DNA of 64,000 bases from Candidatus Spongiisociaceae bacterium (GTDB lineage Bacteria; Actinomycetota; Acidimicrobiia; Spongiisociales; Spongiisociaceae), in contig CBDCOH010000002.1 in NCBI GenBank assembly GCA_965219685.1, positions 3,360,001 to 3,424,000 on the forward strand. The letters run 5' to 3'. Positions 37,616 through 47,295 of this stretch are shown here, in pieces. The notes below the pieces were generated by a model, which had not been told where the DNA came from, ran no database searches, and saw only the letters and a program-made list of their open reading frames with translations. The first letter of the stretch is position 1; every line of letters begins with the position of its first letter. The translations under genes were made by a program, and so were the position numbers.

Positions 37616-38469
37616 GCGGCAGGCTGGTGATCACGCCAGGAGAATCGGGGTCGGTAGCCGATGAGTTCCCTCGCCGCTCGAATGGACACGAGCGTCTCGT
37701 ACCCGTCCAGGGGCCGCCGGAGCGGGACACCCCCGAAAGCCAGGGCGGCCAACTCCGATGATGGGATGTCCATGCATGTGTCGGCGGCGCCGATGTTCAA
37801 TACGTGGGCGCCGCGCACGGGAGCTTCCAGGGCGGAGGCGCATGCGCCGGCGACATCGCGCACGTCGACGTAGACGAAGGCGTTGAACCGCCGGGACAGG
37901 GGATTCTCCTGCCAGACCGGCACCACTTCCCATCCGCCTTCGTGGATCATCCAAGCGAGCCGTAACCCGACCACGTCCAGACCTCGAACCTCCGAGAAGT
38001 ACGTCCCGATCTGCTCACCCACATGCTTCGAGAGCGCATAGGTCCCCCGGGGCCGGGCGGGAAGAGACTCGCTGATGGGCAGGCAATCGGGGAGGTTGTC
38101 AGGTCCCCAAGGGTTACCGGTCACGGCCTGCGTCGAAGCCCAGACGACCCGTTTGACGCCTGCAATGGCGGCCGCCTCGAAAACGTTGTACGTGGTCTGC
38201 ACGTTCGTGTTGAAAGTGACGGTGGGTGTCCGCACTCCTTGGGCCCAGACCCCCGCCAGGTGCAGGACGGCGTCGGCGCCACGGAAGGCCTCAACCGTCT
38301 CTCCGAGGTCGCCGAGGTCCACGAAGAGGTGCGAGCCGATGTGCGAACCCGCGTCACCCCCACGAGGAGCTACCAGATCCACGGTGAGCACCTCGGCGCC
38401 GGTGGACCGTAGATGAGAGGCGATCACGGTTCCCGACCGGCCCGCTCCTCCCGTGATCACAACTCTCAA
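37612..38469 (-). CDS. NAD-dependent epimerase/dehydratase family protein
   Basis: ITGGAGRSG, YALSK (YxxxK), YVDVRD. Confidence 0.88.
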   Translation of the reverse strand: MRVVITGGAGRSGTVIASHLRSTGAEVLTVDLVAPRGGDAGSHIGSHLFVDLGDLGETVEAFRGADAVLHLAGVWAQGVRTPTVTFNTNVQTTYNVFEAAAIAGVKRVVWASTQAVTGNPWGPDNLPDCLPISESLPARPRGTYALSKHVGEQIGTYFSEVRGLDVVGLRLAWMIHEGGWEVVPVWQENPLSRRFNAFVYVDVRDVAGACASALEAPVRGAHVLNIGAADTCMDIPSSELAALAFGGVPLRRPLDGYETLVSIRAARELIGYRPRFSWRDHQPAA

Positions 38470-38479
38470 CGCGTTCTCC

Positions 38480-39301
38480 TTATGTCTGGTCTTCGCCGGT
38501 GGACAGGTTTCTGAAGGCGCGGACCGTGTTGCGGACGGCGCGCTCGACCGGTATCCGCTCGATGCTCGAAGCCCCGACGAAACCCACCGCGGTCGTGAGC
38601 GGCAGCGCCTCCCGGACGTCGTCGGGCGTGGACAGCCTGCCCCCGTGGAGAAGGGCGATGACCTGCGGATTCACAGCTACAGCGGCGTCGATCAGTGACT
38701 GGGCGTACCCGCAGACCGCTTCGATAGATCGGTCGTCCGAATACCCGACCCTTCCGCCGGTGGTGGGCCCCGAGTGGGTGACGATCACATCCGCTCCCGC
38801 GGCCGCCATGGCGGCGGCGTCATCCGCACTGGCCACATACGCCATGGTGAAGAGGTCGCGAGACCGGGCCAGGCCGATCGCTTCGACCTCACGCCCGAAG
38901 CCGTAGCCGACCATCTCTGCTCTCCGGCGCTGGTCGGGCATGTTCGTGAGGGTGGGAAAGTTGATGATCCCGTCGAACCCGGCCGCCTCGAACTGGTCGA
39001 GCAACCTGCCCAGGTCCCTGCGGGTAGGGTCGTTGGCTTCGATGCCTCCGATGACCGGCGTGGTCGACACCACGTTGAGGATCTCCGATGACATCTCGAC
39101 TGTCTCCCGGTTCGAGTCCCCGAACCGCCAGGTCGGCAGGCCCTTGAGTCGCGACCGACCCGTGCTGTAGACCACGATCAGGTCGGCGTCGCCTTCCTCG
39201 GCGGCCCTGGCAATTATCCCGGCGCTGCATCCGGCCGCCAGCACCGCGTGGCCCGTGGAGATGCGCCCGCGCAGGCGTTCCAGGATGGCTTGTCGTTTCA
39301 A
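38480..39301 (-). CDS. PEP-hydrolase-like TIM-barrel protein (Tm-1-like C-terminal domain family)
   Basis: GIIARAAEEGDADLIVVYSTGR, GIINFPT, H.GPTTGG, LHGG, GFVGASSIERIP. TTG start inferred. Confidence 0.85.
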   Translation of the reverse strand: MKRQAILERLRGRISTGHAVLAAGCSAGIIARAAEEGDADLIVVYSTGRSRLKGLPTWRFGDSNRETVEMSSEILNVVSTTPVIGGIEANDPTRRDLGRLLDQFEAAGFDGIINFPTLTNMPDQRRRAEMVGYGFGREVEAIGLARSRDLFTMAYVASADDAAAMAAAGADVIVTHSGPTTGGRVGYSDDRSIEAVCGYAQSLIDAAVAVNPQVIALLHGGRLSTPDDVREALPLTTAVGFVGASSIERIPVERAVRNTVRAFRNLSTGEDQT

Positions 39302-39442
39302 GTCGGTTCCCTCCGCGTGAGGTTGCGTCCCGTGAGCCTTCCAGCCGCTGTGCGGGATTCCAAACCGCCCCGGCACCGGTCGCCCTCTCCTTGGCGACCG
39401 GCACCGGGCATGCTCGGGATCAGGTCGTCGGTTACTCGGCGC

Positions 39443-40981
39443 TCACGAATCGAGCAGGTTCGCGTAGTACTCGCCGAGGAGCGTGGCGCCGTCCTCCACG
39501 AGCTTCCGCTGAGCCTCCTCGCGGGTCATGTTCCCGGTTAGCAGTTCCGCCTGAACGTCCTGCTGGAGCACCCTGAACGAGAAGGGCGGCGGGCCCAGGT
39601 TGCCTTCGTCGGTCATCGGCATCTCCGAGAGGGCGTACGGGAGGATCTCCCACGCCGCCGCCATCGGGGGCGAGGTTCCGAGAAACGCCGCATACTCGGC
39701 GGAGTCCCCGACGCTCAACCGGCTCGGCAGGTTGCCCGACGTGGCGGCCCAGTAGGCCTGGCTCTCCGGGCTGGACAGGAACTTGACGAACTCCCAGGTC
39801 GCCCTGTTCTCGGCCTCGGTCGTGTTGAAGGCGACCGCATTCGGACCGAAGAGCACCGTGAGCGGATCCGAACCCGGGAGCTCCTGTGGAAGCGCCCCGA
39901 CGCTCCAGTTGAACGCGCCGGCTACGCCCTCCTCGACGAACGGTATCCATCTACTCGACGTAACGATGTACGCCACCTGCTGGGAAGCGAAGTCGCTCAG
40001 GTTGGCCGTGGCCTCGTCGGCCCTGCCCACGGTGGGGAAGCCGTAACCCTCCTCGATGAGCGTCGCGAACAGGTCGAGCGTCTTGGTCCACGGTTCCTCA
40101 CCGTAGCGGGTCGCCCGGGTGTCCATGTCGATGGTGGGGAAGCCCCCGAAGGTGAATCCGGTGGCATTCCACATCGAGGCATCGACCTGGATGGAGTAAC
40201 AACTCTTGTTGAGTTCGGTCAGGATCACCTCGCACTGGGAGAGGAACTCGTCCCAGGTCTCGGCCGGCCCGTCGAATCCCAGGCCGGTCAGCATGTCCTG
40301 GTTGTAGAACAGGACCGCGATCGCCACTGTCCAGGGGAAGCTGAGCATCCGGCCGCCCTCGGTCAGGTAGGTGTTCCGGGCGATCTCCACCGGCAGGAAG
40401 TCGGCCACGTCCACCCCGATCTGCGGATCGTTGACATAATCCGTCAGGTCGAGCAGCACCCCGCCCCTATGCCAGTTGACGGTGCCGTCCTCGAACGCAA
40501 CCGTCAGGTTCGGGAGGTCGTTGGCTTCAATGGCGCCGGCGATCTTCTGGGATGTCGGGTAGTAACCGCCGGTGAACTGGGCCTCCACGTCGATCTGCGG
40601 ATACTTGGCCTCGAACCTGGCCACCAGTTCGGTCATCGCCTCCTCCAGCGGCCCGCTGTAGACGTGCCAGAACTGGATGGTGGCGGGTTCCAACTGCGCG
40701 AGCGTGGTGGTTGTCTCCTCCATCGCCGCCTCGGTCGTGACAGGCGCCGCCTCGGTCGTGGGCGTCTCCTCCATCGCCGCCTCGGTGGTAGCAGGCGCCG
40801 CCTCGGTCGTGGGCGTCTCCTCCATCGCCGCCTCGGTCGTGGCAGGCGCCGCGGTGGTCGCCGCCGGCGCGGCTGTAGTCGCGGCCGGCTCGTCGTCGCC
40901 GCAAGCCGCGGCAACCAGTGCCCAGACTACGAACAGCACCCCGAGCATCATGGTCTTCGGTCGGGAATGACTTGCCTTCAT
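39443..40981 (-). CDS. Carbohydrate ABC substrate-binding lipoprotein with repeat stalk
   Basis: LVAAAC lipobox, TTEAA repeats, IQFWH, LFYNQD, ETWDEF, WEFVKFL. Confidence 0.9.
   Translation of the reverse strand: MKASHSRPKTMMLGVLFVVWALVAAACGDDEPAATTAAPAATTAAPATTEAAMEETPTTEAAPATTEAAMEETPTTEAAPVTTEAAMEETTTTLAQLEPATIQFWHVYSGPLEEAMTELVARFEAKYPQIDVEAQFTGGYYPTSQKIAGAIEANDLPNLTVAFEDGTVNWHRGGVLLDLTDYVNDPQIGVDVADFLPVEIARNTYLTEGGRMLSFPWTVAIAVLFYNQDMLTGLGFDGPAETWDEFLSQCEVILTELNKSCYSIQVDASMWNATGFTFGGFPTIDMDTRATRYGEEPWTKTLDLFATLIEEGYGFPTVGRADEATANLSDFASQQVAYIVTSSRWIPFVEEGVAGAFNWSVGALPQELPGSDPLTVLFGPNAVAFNTTEAENRATWEFVKFLSSPESQAYWAATSGNLPSRLSVGDSAEYAAFLGTSPPMAAAWEILPYALSEMPMTDEGNLGPPPFSFRVLQQDVQAELLTGNMTREEAQRKLVEDGATLLGEYYANLLDS
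40713..40852 (-). repeat. Coding 51-bp tandem repeat (PATTEAAMEETPTTEAA), about 2.7 copies
   Basis: GTCTCCTCCATCGCCGCCTCGGT recurs every 51 nt. Confidence 0.9.
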
Positions 40982-41042
40982 ACCTACTCCCTCGCTTGTC
41001 TACCGTTTCGTCCGCCGATCCGCAGACCGCGGCTGCCGTCGG

Positions 41043-41870
41043 TTACTTGAGACCTCCCTGGGTGACTCCTTCTATAACGAACCTCTGGCCAACAAAAAAC
41101 AGAATACCCACGGGCAGTATCCCGATGACGGCCGCAGCCATCAACATGTTGATGAACACGGCGCCCTCCGTCTGGAAGGAGACCAGACCCAGTTGCACGA
41201 CACGCAACTCCGCGTCGGCGGTCACGAACAGCGGCCAGAGGAGGGCGTTCCAGGACCAGATGAACGTGATGAGAAAGACGGTCACGGCTGCTGCCCGGAC
41301 CAGGGGCAGCCCGATCGACCAGAACGCCCTGGCCTCCGAGCTGCCGTCCACGTACGCCGAGTCGAACAGGTCGTCGGGGATTCCCAGGAACTCCTGGCGG
41401 AACATGAACACCGCGAACGCCCCGGCCATCCACGGCACGATCAGGGCGGTGTAGGTGTTGTACCAGCCGAGATCGTTGATGAGCACGTAGTTGGCGATGA
41501 AGGTGGCCTCGAAGGGGATCATGAAACTGGCAAGGACGAGCATCAGGATCACCTTCCGTCCCCGGAACCGGATCCGCACGAGGGCATAGCCCGCCAGCGC
41601 GCCGAACAGCACGTTCCCACTCGCCGAGAGGACCGCCACGAAGAGGGAGTTGAGTATCCAGCGGGCCATCATGGTCTCGAGGAAGATGTCGATGTAGGTG
41701 GTGATGGACGCCGATTCGGGAATCAACGTGGGAGGAACCAGCAGAGCCTCGTCCAAGGGCTTCAGCGAAGTGGTCACCATCCAGTAGAGAGGCGCCAGGG
41801 CGAAGGCACAGAGCACGACCAGCACGACATGGGCGAGCGTGCGGGTCTGGGACGAGTGGCCGGCTGCCAT
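41043..41870 (-). CDS. Carbohydrate ABC transporter permease
   Basis: PLYWMVTTSLK, DSAYVDG (EAA loop), FIWSWN, QRFVIEG. Confidence 0.92.
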   Translation of the reverse strand: MAAGHSSQTRTLAHVVLVVLCAFALAPLYWMVTTSLKPLDEALLVPPTLIPESASITTYIDIFLETMMARWILNSLFVAVLSASGNVLFGALAGYALVRIRFRGRKVILMLVLASFMIPFEATFIANYVLINDLGWYNTYTALIVPWMAGAFAVFMFRQEFLGIPDDLFDSAYVDGSSEARAFWSIGLPLVRAAAVTVFLITFIWSWNALLWPLFVTADAELRVVQLGLVSFQTEGAVFINMLMAAAVIGILPVGILFFVGQRFVIEGVTQGGLK

Positions 41871-42871
41871 CAGACGGTCCCCGCGGTGTAGTGGACCCAT
41901 CGACGGCTCAACCGGAACTGGAGCCAGGTGACCAGCAGGATGATTATGAAGAGTGCCGTGGCCGTGGTGGCGCCGACTGCGAACAGGTTGTCACCCCAGA
42001 ACTGGCGGTACATGAGCATCGACAGGGTCTCGGTGGTTCTCGCCGGCCCGCCCTGGGTCAGGACGAAGATCGTGTTGAACTCGCGGAGCGCGAAGACCAG
42101 GGAGACGACCACCACGAACAGGATCGTCGGGGAGAGCACCGGAACCACGACCCGCCGGAGAATCTTCGGCTCGCTGGCGCCGTCCACACGGGCCGCGTCG
42201 AGCAGGTCCGGATCGATACGGGTCATACCGGCATACAGGATGAGGACGGTGAACCCCAGCATCTGCCAGAACCTGACCAGCACGAGGATGGCCATTGCGA
42301 CGCTCGGGCCTTCCGCCCAACCGGGCACGGTGGCGCCGAACCAACCTGCGACCATCTCGACAACACCGGTCGAGTCGAGAATCCACGACTGGCGCCTCAC
42401 GCCGAACGGCTGGAGCGAAGCATTCACAACGCCGGTCGGGCTCGGGGCGAATACGAGTCCCCACACGAGGCTCGTGGCAACAGTGGGAACGATGAAGGGG
42501 ACGAACAGCAGGAGCCGGTAGAGGTAGCTCTTGCGGATCACGTAGTGCAGCAAGTAGGCGACCGGAATGGACACGATGACCGTTACGGGCACCACGAAGG
42601 CGAAGAAGAAGGTCACCTTCACCGAGTTCCAGAAGTCCCCGCCCTGGAGCAGGTCTATGTAGTTCGCCAAGCCCACCCACTCGGCCCCGGCCAGGGTCCA
42701 GTCGGTGAGCGAGAGATAGATGTTGCGACCGGTCCCGTACAGGTGGAATACCCCGATCACCAGCAAGGCCGGCAGCACGAAGAGGATGGCCGTGCCCAGC
42801 GAACTGGTGCGGGAGGAACGCCGCCTACGCCATCGACCGGCGTAAGTCCGAAGCGACCTTGCCGAGACCAT
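41870..42871 (-). CDS. Carbohydrate ABC transporter permease
   Basis: WVGLANY, DAARVDGAS, VLTQGGP. Confidence 0.92.
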   Translation of the reverse strand: MVSARSLRTYAGRWRRRRSSRTSSLGTAILFVLPALLVIGVFHLYGTGRNIYLSLTDWTLAGAEWVGLANYIDLLQGGDFWNSVKVTFFFAFVVPVTVIVSIPVAYLLHYVIRKSYLYRLLLFVPFIVPTVATSLVWGLVFAPSPTGVVNASLQPFGVRRQSWILDSTGVVEMVAGWFGATVPGWAEGPSVAMAILVLVRFWQMLGFTVLILYAGMTRIDPDLLDAARVDGASEPKILRRVVVPVLSPTILFVVVVSLVFALREFNTIFVLTQGGPARTTETLSMLMYRQFWGDNLFAVGATTATALFIIILLVTWLQFRLSRRWVHYTAGTV

Positions 42872-42899
42872 ACGCTCACCCTCCTAGGCTGCTCTGATT

Positions 42900-43354
42900 A
42901 TGGCCCAATCGGAACCGGCCCGTAGGAGCCTCCGGAACCGCCGAAGGTCCACCTGCTTCTCCACTTGGTGGGTTTCCATGCGGCCGGGGACCCTCACCGA
43001 ACTGGCCGGGGAGAGCGGGACGGCGATGGCTCTCCCGGAGACCTTCGGCGACTTCAAGCACTTCCTCCGACCTGGCGAACCGGGCGATTCGCGAAGCCGG
43101 ACACCTCAGCCGGCTGGTCTTAGAGGTGGTCGAGGATGCCGCGGCCGCAGACAGCGGACTACTCCGGCGCCTCGCTCCTGTTCGGGAACTCGCTGCTCAG
43201 CGAGTACCAGTTGGCCCGCGACGTGTTCGGGTTCTCCGACCGCCGTATCGCCGCCGTCGCCGAAGCCTCGATCGTCCACAGCACAGCATCCCGAGCCCTC
43301 AAGTCGGGCGCTTCGGCAGGGATCCGCCAGTGGTTGGGCCACGATGAGCAGTAA
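42900..43354 (+). pseudogene. Adenosine deaminase family remnant (frameshifts and a large internal deletion)
   Basis: Fragments in different frames: PKVHLLLHLVG and SMRPGTLTELA...FGDFKHF (N-terminus); LLFGNSLLSEYQLARDVFGFSD...IRQWL (C-terminus); catalytic middle absent. Confidence 0.7.
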
Positions 43355-43417
43355 CTACCGTCCCCATGGCGTGTCCCGGCTTGTACTCTCGCATCGCGAC
43401 ATCCTGGGAGCAATCGA

Positions 43418-44413
43418 ATGACAGAGTTGCTGAGGAAGCGACCTCTTGGGCGGACCGGTATTCGTGTCTCGCCGATCGGGATCGGCACGGGATCGTTAGG
43501 GGCCGACCCGGCGGTCGCCGACCCCGCCGGTGTCGACGAATTCGCCGTCGCGACCCTTCGAACCGCTCTCCGGTCCGGCCTGAACTACATCGACACGGCG
43601 CCCGGGTATCGGGGCGGCGCCAGCGACCGACGGGTCGGCATGGCCCTGCGCGACGGATGGCGCGACCGCGTCGTGCTGGCCACCAAGGTGGGCAGCCATC
43701 CGGACCGTCCGGGCGACATGACCGGCGAGGCCGCGGAATGGGTCATCGAGCAGAGCATGGAGATCATCGGGACCGGCTTCATCGATGTCGCCCTGGTCCA
43801 CGACCCCTCCGCCATGGCCCCGGTCTTGGAGCCGGGCGGCGCTGTCGCGGCCCTCGAGCGGTTGAAGGAGGAGGGCAAAGTCCGCGCCATCGGCCTGGGC
43901 GTCCAGAACCACGAGTTTCTCAGGACTGCGATCGAGTCGGGAAGGTTCGATGTGATCCAGAGCCCCTACGACTACAACCTGATGCGTACCACTGCCGAGC
44001 ACCTGCTCGACCTGGCGGCCGAACGAGGGCTGGGGGTCCTCAACGCGTCCCCGTTCCTGGCCGGACTCCTCTCCGGCGTCGATCCCGACGAGATAGTCGC
44101 CATCCGGGCCGCAACCGGCATGTGGAAGCTGAGAGCCCGTGACGTAGGACGGGCACGCCGGATCTGGGAGTGGGCGAGAGACCGGGATGCGGATCTACGG
44201 GCGCTGGCTATGCAGTTCTGCTTGCGGGAACAACGTATCGCCACGACCCTCATCGGGCCCCGGCGCCCCTCGGACGTGGTGGAGGATCTTGTCGCCGCCT
44301 CCAAGCCGGTACCCCGCGAGGACTGGGAGGCGCTGGCCGAGGTCCTTCCGACCTTCCCGCCGCCGGCTCCCGGAGGAGAGGCCGCAGTAGGGCCCTACCC
44401 GCCGAGTGACTGA
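43418..44413 (+). CDS. Aldo/keto reductase
   Basis: RPLGRTG, YIDTAPGY, LATKVG, LVHDP, EEGKVRAIGLG. Confidence 0.92.
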   Translation: MTELLRKRPLGRTGIRVSPIGIGTGSLGADPAVADPAGVDEFAVATLRTALRSGLNYIDTAPGYRGGASDRRVGMALRDGWRDRVVLATKVGSHPDRPGDMTGEAAEWVIEQSMEIIGTGFIDVALVHDPSAMAPVLEPGGAVAALERLKEEGKVRAIGLGVQNHEFLRTAIESGRFDVIQSPYDYNLMRTTAEHLLDLAAERGLGVLNASPFLAGLLSGVDPDEIVAIRAATGMWKLRARDVGRARRIWEWARDRDADLRALAMQFCLREQRIATTLIGPRRPSDVVEDLVAASKPVPREDWEALAEVLPTFPPPAPGGEAAVGPYPPSD

Positions 44414-44440
44414 ACTGCCTCTGGCTGGCGACTGGCTGTC

Positions 44441-44525
44441 CCGTTATCCGTTGCCCGTTGTTCGTTGGCCGTTGGCCGTTGGCCGTGGACGAGGGGCCGT
44501 GGACGGCAAACGGCGGACGGGGAAA
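44441..44525. repeat. Degenerate heptamer array (CCGTTGG)n grading into CGGCGGA-type units between convergent genes
   Basis: CCGTTAT CCGTTGC CCGTTGT TCGTTGG CCGTTGG CCGTTGG CCGTGGA CGAGGGG CCGTGGA CGGCAAA CGGCGGA CGGGGAA. Confidence 0.8.
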
Positions 44526-44537
44526 CTGGTGGTTGCG

Positions 44538-47282
44538 TCAGGCTTGGTAGGCATCCGGGACAGGCGGTAGGGGCCTCGTGAGCCAGCGGGGGCGGCGGAG
44601 GCCCCCGGGTCCGGGTCCGGGACGGGTCCGGGCCATCCACTCCCGGTAGATGTCGTGGGACTTGGCCGTGTCCACGAAGACATCGCCGTATCGGTCTCCG
44701 GCTTCGGCAGGGCCCAGGCGGACGCGCTGATGCCAGGCATGCATGCCCGACACGGGATCGGGATGAACCGGGAAGGCCAGGTTCTGGTGTACACCGGGAT
44801 CGCGCCACCAGATCCGCTCGCTGTCGGGATCCTCAGACTGGAACGGTTCGATGCCGGTCTTGTGCCTCAGCAGCCAGCCACCCGCGGGGCGCTGGATGTC
44901 CACCAGGGCCGACGACCACCGCTCGTTGCCCATGCCGGCGTCGAGGCGCCACCTCCCCATGTGGTGGGATGCAGCCACCACACCCGGCCTGATCCCCTCG
45001 GTCCGCCAGGCTCGCATCACGAAGTAGCCGATGTCGGTGGATATTCGCACCAGGTCGCCGGTGGCGAATCCGAGCTGGTCGGCGTCGATGGAGTTCATCC
45101 AAAGCGGGTGGCCGTGGCTGATCTCGTACAGGTATTTGGCGTTGCCCGACCGGGTATGGATGAGGGTGGGCAGCCGGAAGATCGGCAGCAGGATGCGCTC
45201 GTCTCCCTCGAGGTCCAGATCGCGCCAGTACACGTGGGACTTGAGGTACGTGGGTATGGCAGCATCCGCCCAGTTCCAGGATTCGAGCGTCTCGGAGTGC
45301 CACTCGAGCAGGCGGGACGGCGAGGCGAATCCGCTCCTACGCTCTCCGTCGACATTCACCCCTGGCTGGTCGGCGCTCGCCGTCTCTTCGTTCAGGCGGT
45401 AGCGGTCGCGGTCGATTTCGAAGGCCCCGTACTTGCGCATGTACCCGAGCGGGGTCAGCCCTTCCTGCCGGGCCTGTTCAGGGAGCCCCGGCACCGAGTT
45501 GTCGAACATCCACCCGTAGTACTCGTCGACAGTCACCGGCCGGGAAGGGTCCGTGGGCGACTCGTACCACCTGCGCACGCCGAGCGATCCGTCCGGGTCG
45601 ATACGCCACGACAGGTCGATCCAGAACTCGTTCTCCTCCCACACCTCGCCCGGGTTGGCCTCGTAGGTGCGCTCGTACCGCTGTCCGGCCCGCTCTCCGG
45701 CCACCCGCAGCACCGGCTGGCGGAAACCGAGCCAGCGGGCTGCATGGGTCTCGTAGGAGTGGGTGTCGTGACGCTCGGCCCCGACCCCCATGGGCAGGAC
45801 GTAGTCGGCGAACCAGGCCGTCTCCGACCAGGTCGGGGTGAGGGCCACGTGGAGGCCGACCTTGTCCTCGTCGGTGAGTGCCTCGAGCCAGGTGAAGCCG
45901 TCGGGGTTGGTCCAGACAGGGTTGTAGACGCGGGTGAAGTAGACCTCGAGGCGTCCCCTCCCCTCCTTGAGGAAGTGCGGCAGGAGGTAGCTCAGCTCGT
46001 AGTGGCTGAGCGGGAACTCCGCCGGCCAGATCAACTCATTCCAGCGGTTGGCCGGGGGCGGCATGTTCCAGTGCTCGGGCTTGAACTTGTCCCATGCGCT
46101 CGGCGAGGTGCCGCCCTCCGTTCCCACCGATCCCGTGAGGACGTGGAGGAAGAAGAGGCAGCGGGCGACCTGCCAGCCACCGAGGTTCCCCGATCCGGCG
46201 GCCCGCCATGTGTGGGAGGCGAAGCGGGTTCCGGCCCCGGCGATACCACGGGCGACGGCCTCGATGCGTTCGGGATCCACCCCTGTCTCCGCGGCGGCGA
46301 ACTCGATCGTGTATTCGGCATAGGTCTCGCGCAGGAGTTCCACGAAGCTTTCGTAGGTGCGTGGGCGTTCCGGAGACCGAGCGGCCAGCGACGCCTCCCA
46401 GTTGACCCACCGGCGCATGAATCCGTGGTCGATGGCGTCCCACTCGATCAACCGGGCGGCGATGGCCAGGAGCATGGCCGCCTCGGTACCCGGCCACGGA
46501 GAGAGCCAGTGGTCGGACATCGACGCGGTATTCGAGAGCCGCGGGTCGATGGTGGCCACCTGCGCCCCCGCCTGGCGGGCCTCGATTATGCGCTGGGCGT
46601 GAGGGTTGAAATAGTGCCCGGACTCGAGTTGGGCCGATAGCAGGAGGATGAAGCGGGCGTTGGCGAAGTCGGCGGACGGGCGGTCGTATCCCATCCACAT
46701 GGCGTAGCCGGTGCGGGCCCCCGACGAGCAGATGTTGGTGTGGCTGTTGTGACCGTCCACGCCCCAGGACCGGAGTATGCGGTCGATGAAGCCGTCCTCT
46801 CCGGGCCGTCCCACGTGGTAGATGATCTCGTCGTGGCGGTCCTCGACCAGCGCGGTGCGGATCCGGGAAGCGATGTCCTGGAGGGCGTCCTCCCAGGAGA
46901 CCTGTTCCCAGTTCCCTCCACCGCGGGCACCGGCCCTGCGCAGCGGGTGGAGAATCCTCTCCGGGTCGTACATCTGGTTGATGGTCGCCGGGCCCTTGGC
47001 ACAGTTGCGGCCCCTCGATCCGGGATGCTCAGGGTTGCCCTCGAAGCGCCGCACCCGACCGTTGTCCTTGTCGACGTAGGCCAGCAGCCCGCACCCGGCC
47101 TCGCAGTTGAAACATGTGGTCGGGACCAGGCGGTAACGTCGCTTGACCCGCTCGGGCCACGCCTTGGCGTCGTACTCCTCCCAGTCGTCCCAGGAGTCGG
47201 TCGGGGGGAAGGGCACCAGGCCACTCCCTGGAACCAGTCGCGGCAGGGCATCCGAGGCGGGCCGGTCCTTCTCCATCGTCAT
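44538..47282 (-). CDS. Molybdopterin oxidoreductase catalytic subunit (DMSO reductase family), no Tat signal
   Basis: TCFNCEAGCG...NCAKG 4Fe-4S site, RILHPLRR, HTNICS (putative Cys Mo ligand), ADYVLP, molydop-binding C-terminus. Confidence 0.92.
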   Translation of the reverse strand: MTMEKDRPASDALPRLVPGSGLVPFPPTDSWDDWEEYDAKAWPERVKRRYRLVPTTCFNCEAGCGLLAYVDKDNGRVRRFEGNPEHPGSRGRNCAKGPATINQMYDPERILHPLRRAGARGGGNWEQVSWEDALQDIASRIRTALVEDRHDEIIYHVGRPGEDGFIDRILRSWGVDGHNSHTNICSSGARTGYAMWMGYDRPSADFANARFILLLSAQLESGHYFNPHAQRIIEARQAGAQVATIDPRLSNTASMSDHWLSPWPGTEAAMLLAIAARLIEWDAIDHGFMRRWVNWEASLAARSPERPRTYESFVELLRETYAEYTIEFAAAETGVDPERIEAVARGIAGAGTRFASHTWRAAGSGNLGGWQVARCLFFLHVLTGSVGTEGGTSPSAWDKFKPEHWNMPPPANRWNELIWPAEFPLSHYELSYLLPHFLKEGRGRLEVYFTRVYNPVWTNPDGFTWLEALTDEDKVGLHVALTPTWSETAWFADYVLPMGVGAERHDTHSYETHAARWLGFRQPVLRVAGERAGQRYERTYEANPGEVWEENEFWIDLSWRIDPDGSLGVRRWYESPTDPSRPVTVDEYYGWMFDNSVPGLPEQARQEGLTPLGYMRKYGAFEIDRDRYRLNEETASADQPGVNVDGERRSGFASPSRLLEWHSETLESWNWADAAIPTYLKSHVYWRDLDLEGDERILLPIFRLPTLIHTRSGNAKYLYEISHGHPLWMNSIDADQLGFATGDLVRISTDIGYFVMRAWRTEGIRPGVVAASHHMGRWRLDAGMGNERWSSALVDIQRPAGGWLLRHKTGIEPFQSEDPDSERIWWRDPGVHQNLAFPVHPDPVSGMHAWHQRVRLGPAEAGDRYGDVFVDTAKSHDIYREWMARTRPGPGPGGLRRPRWLTRPLPPVPDAYQA

Positions 47283-47295
47283 CTCCGTCTTCCCT

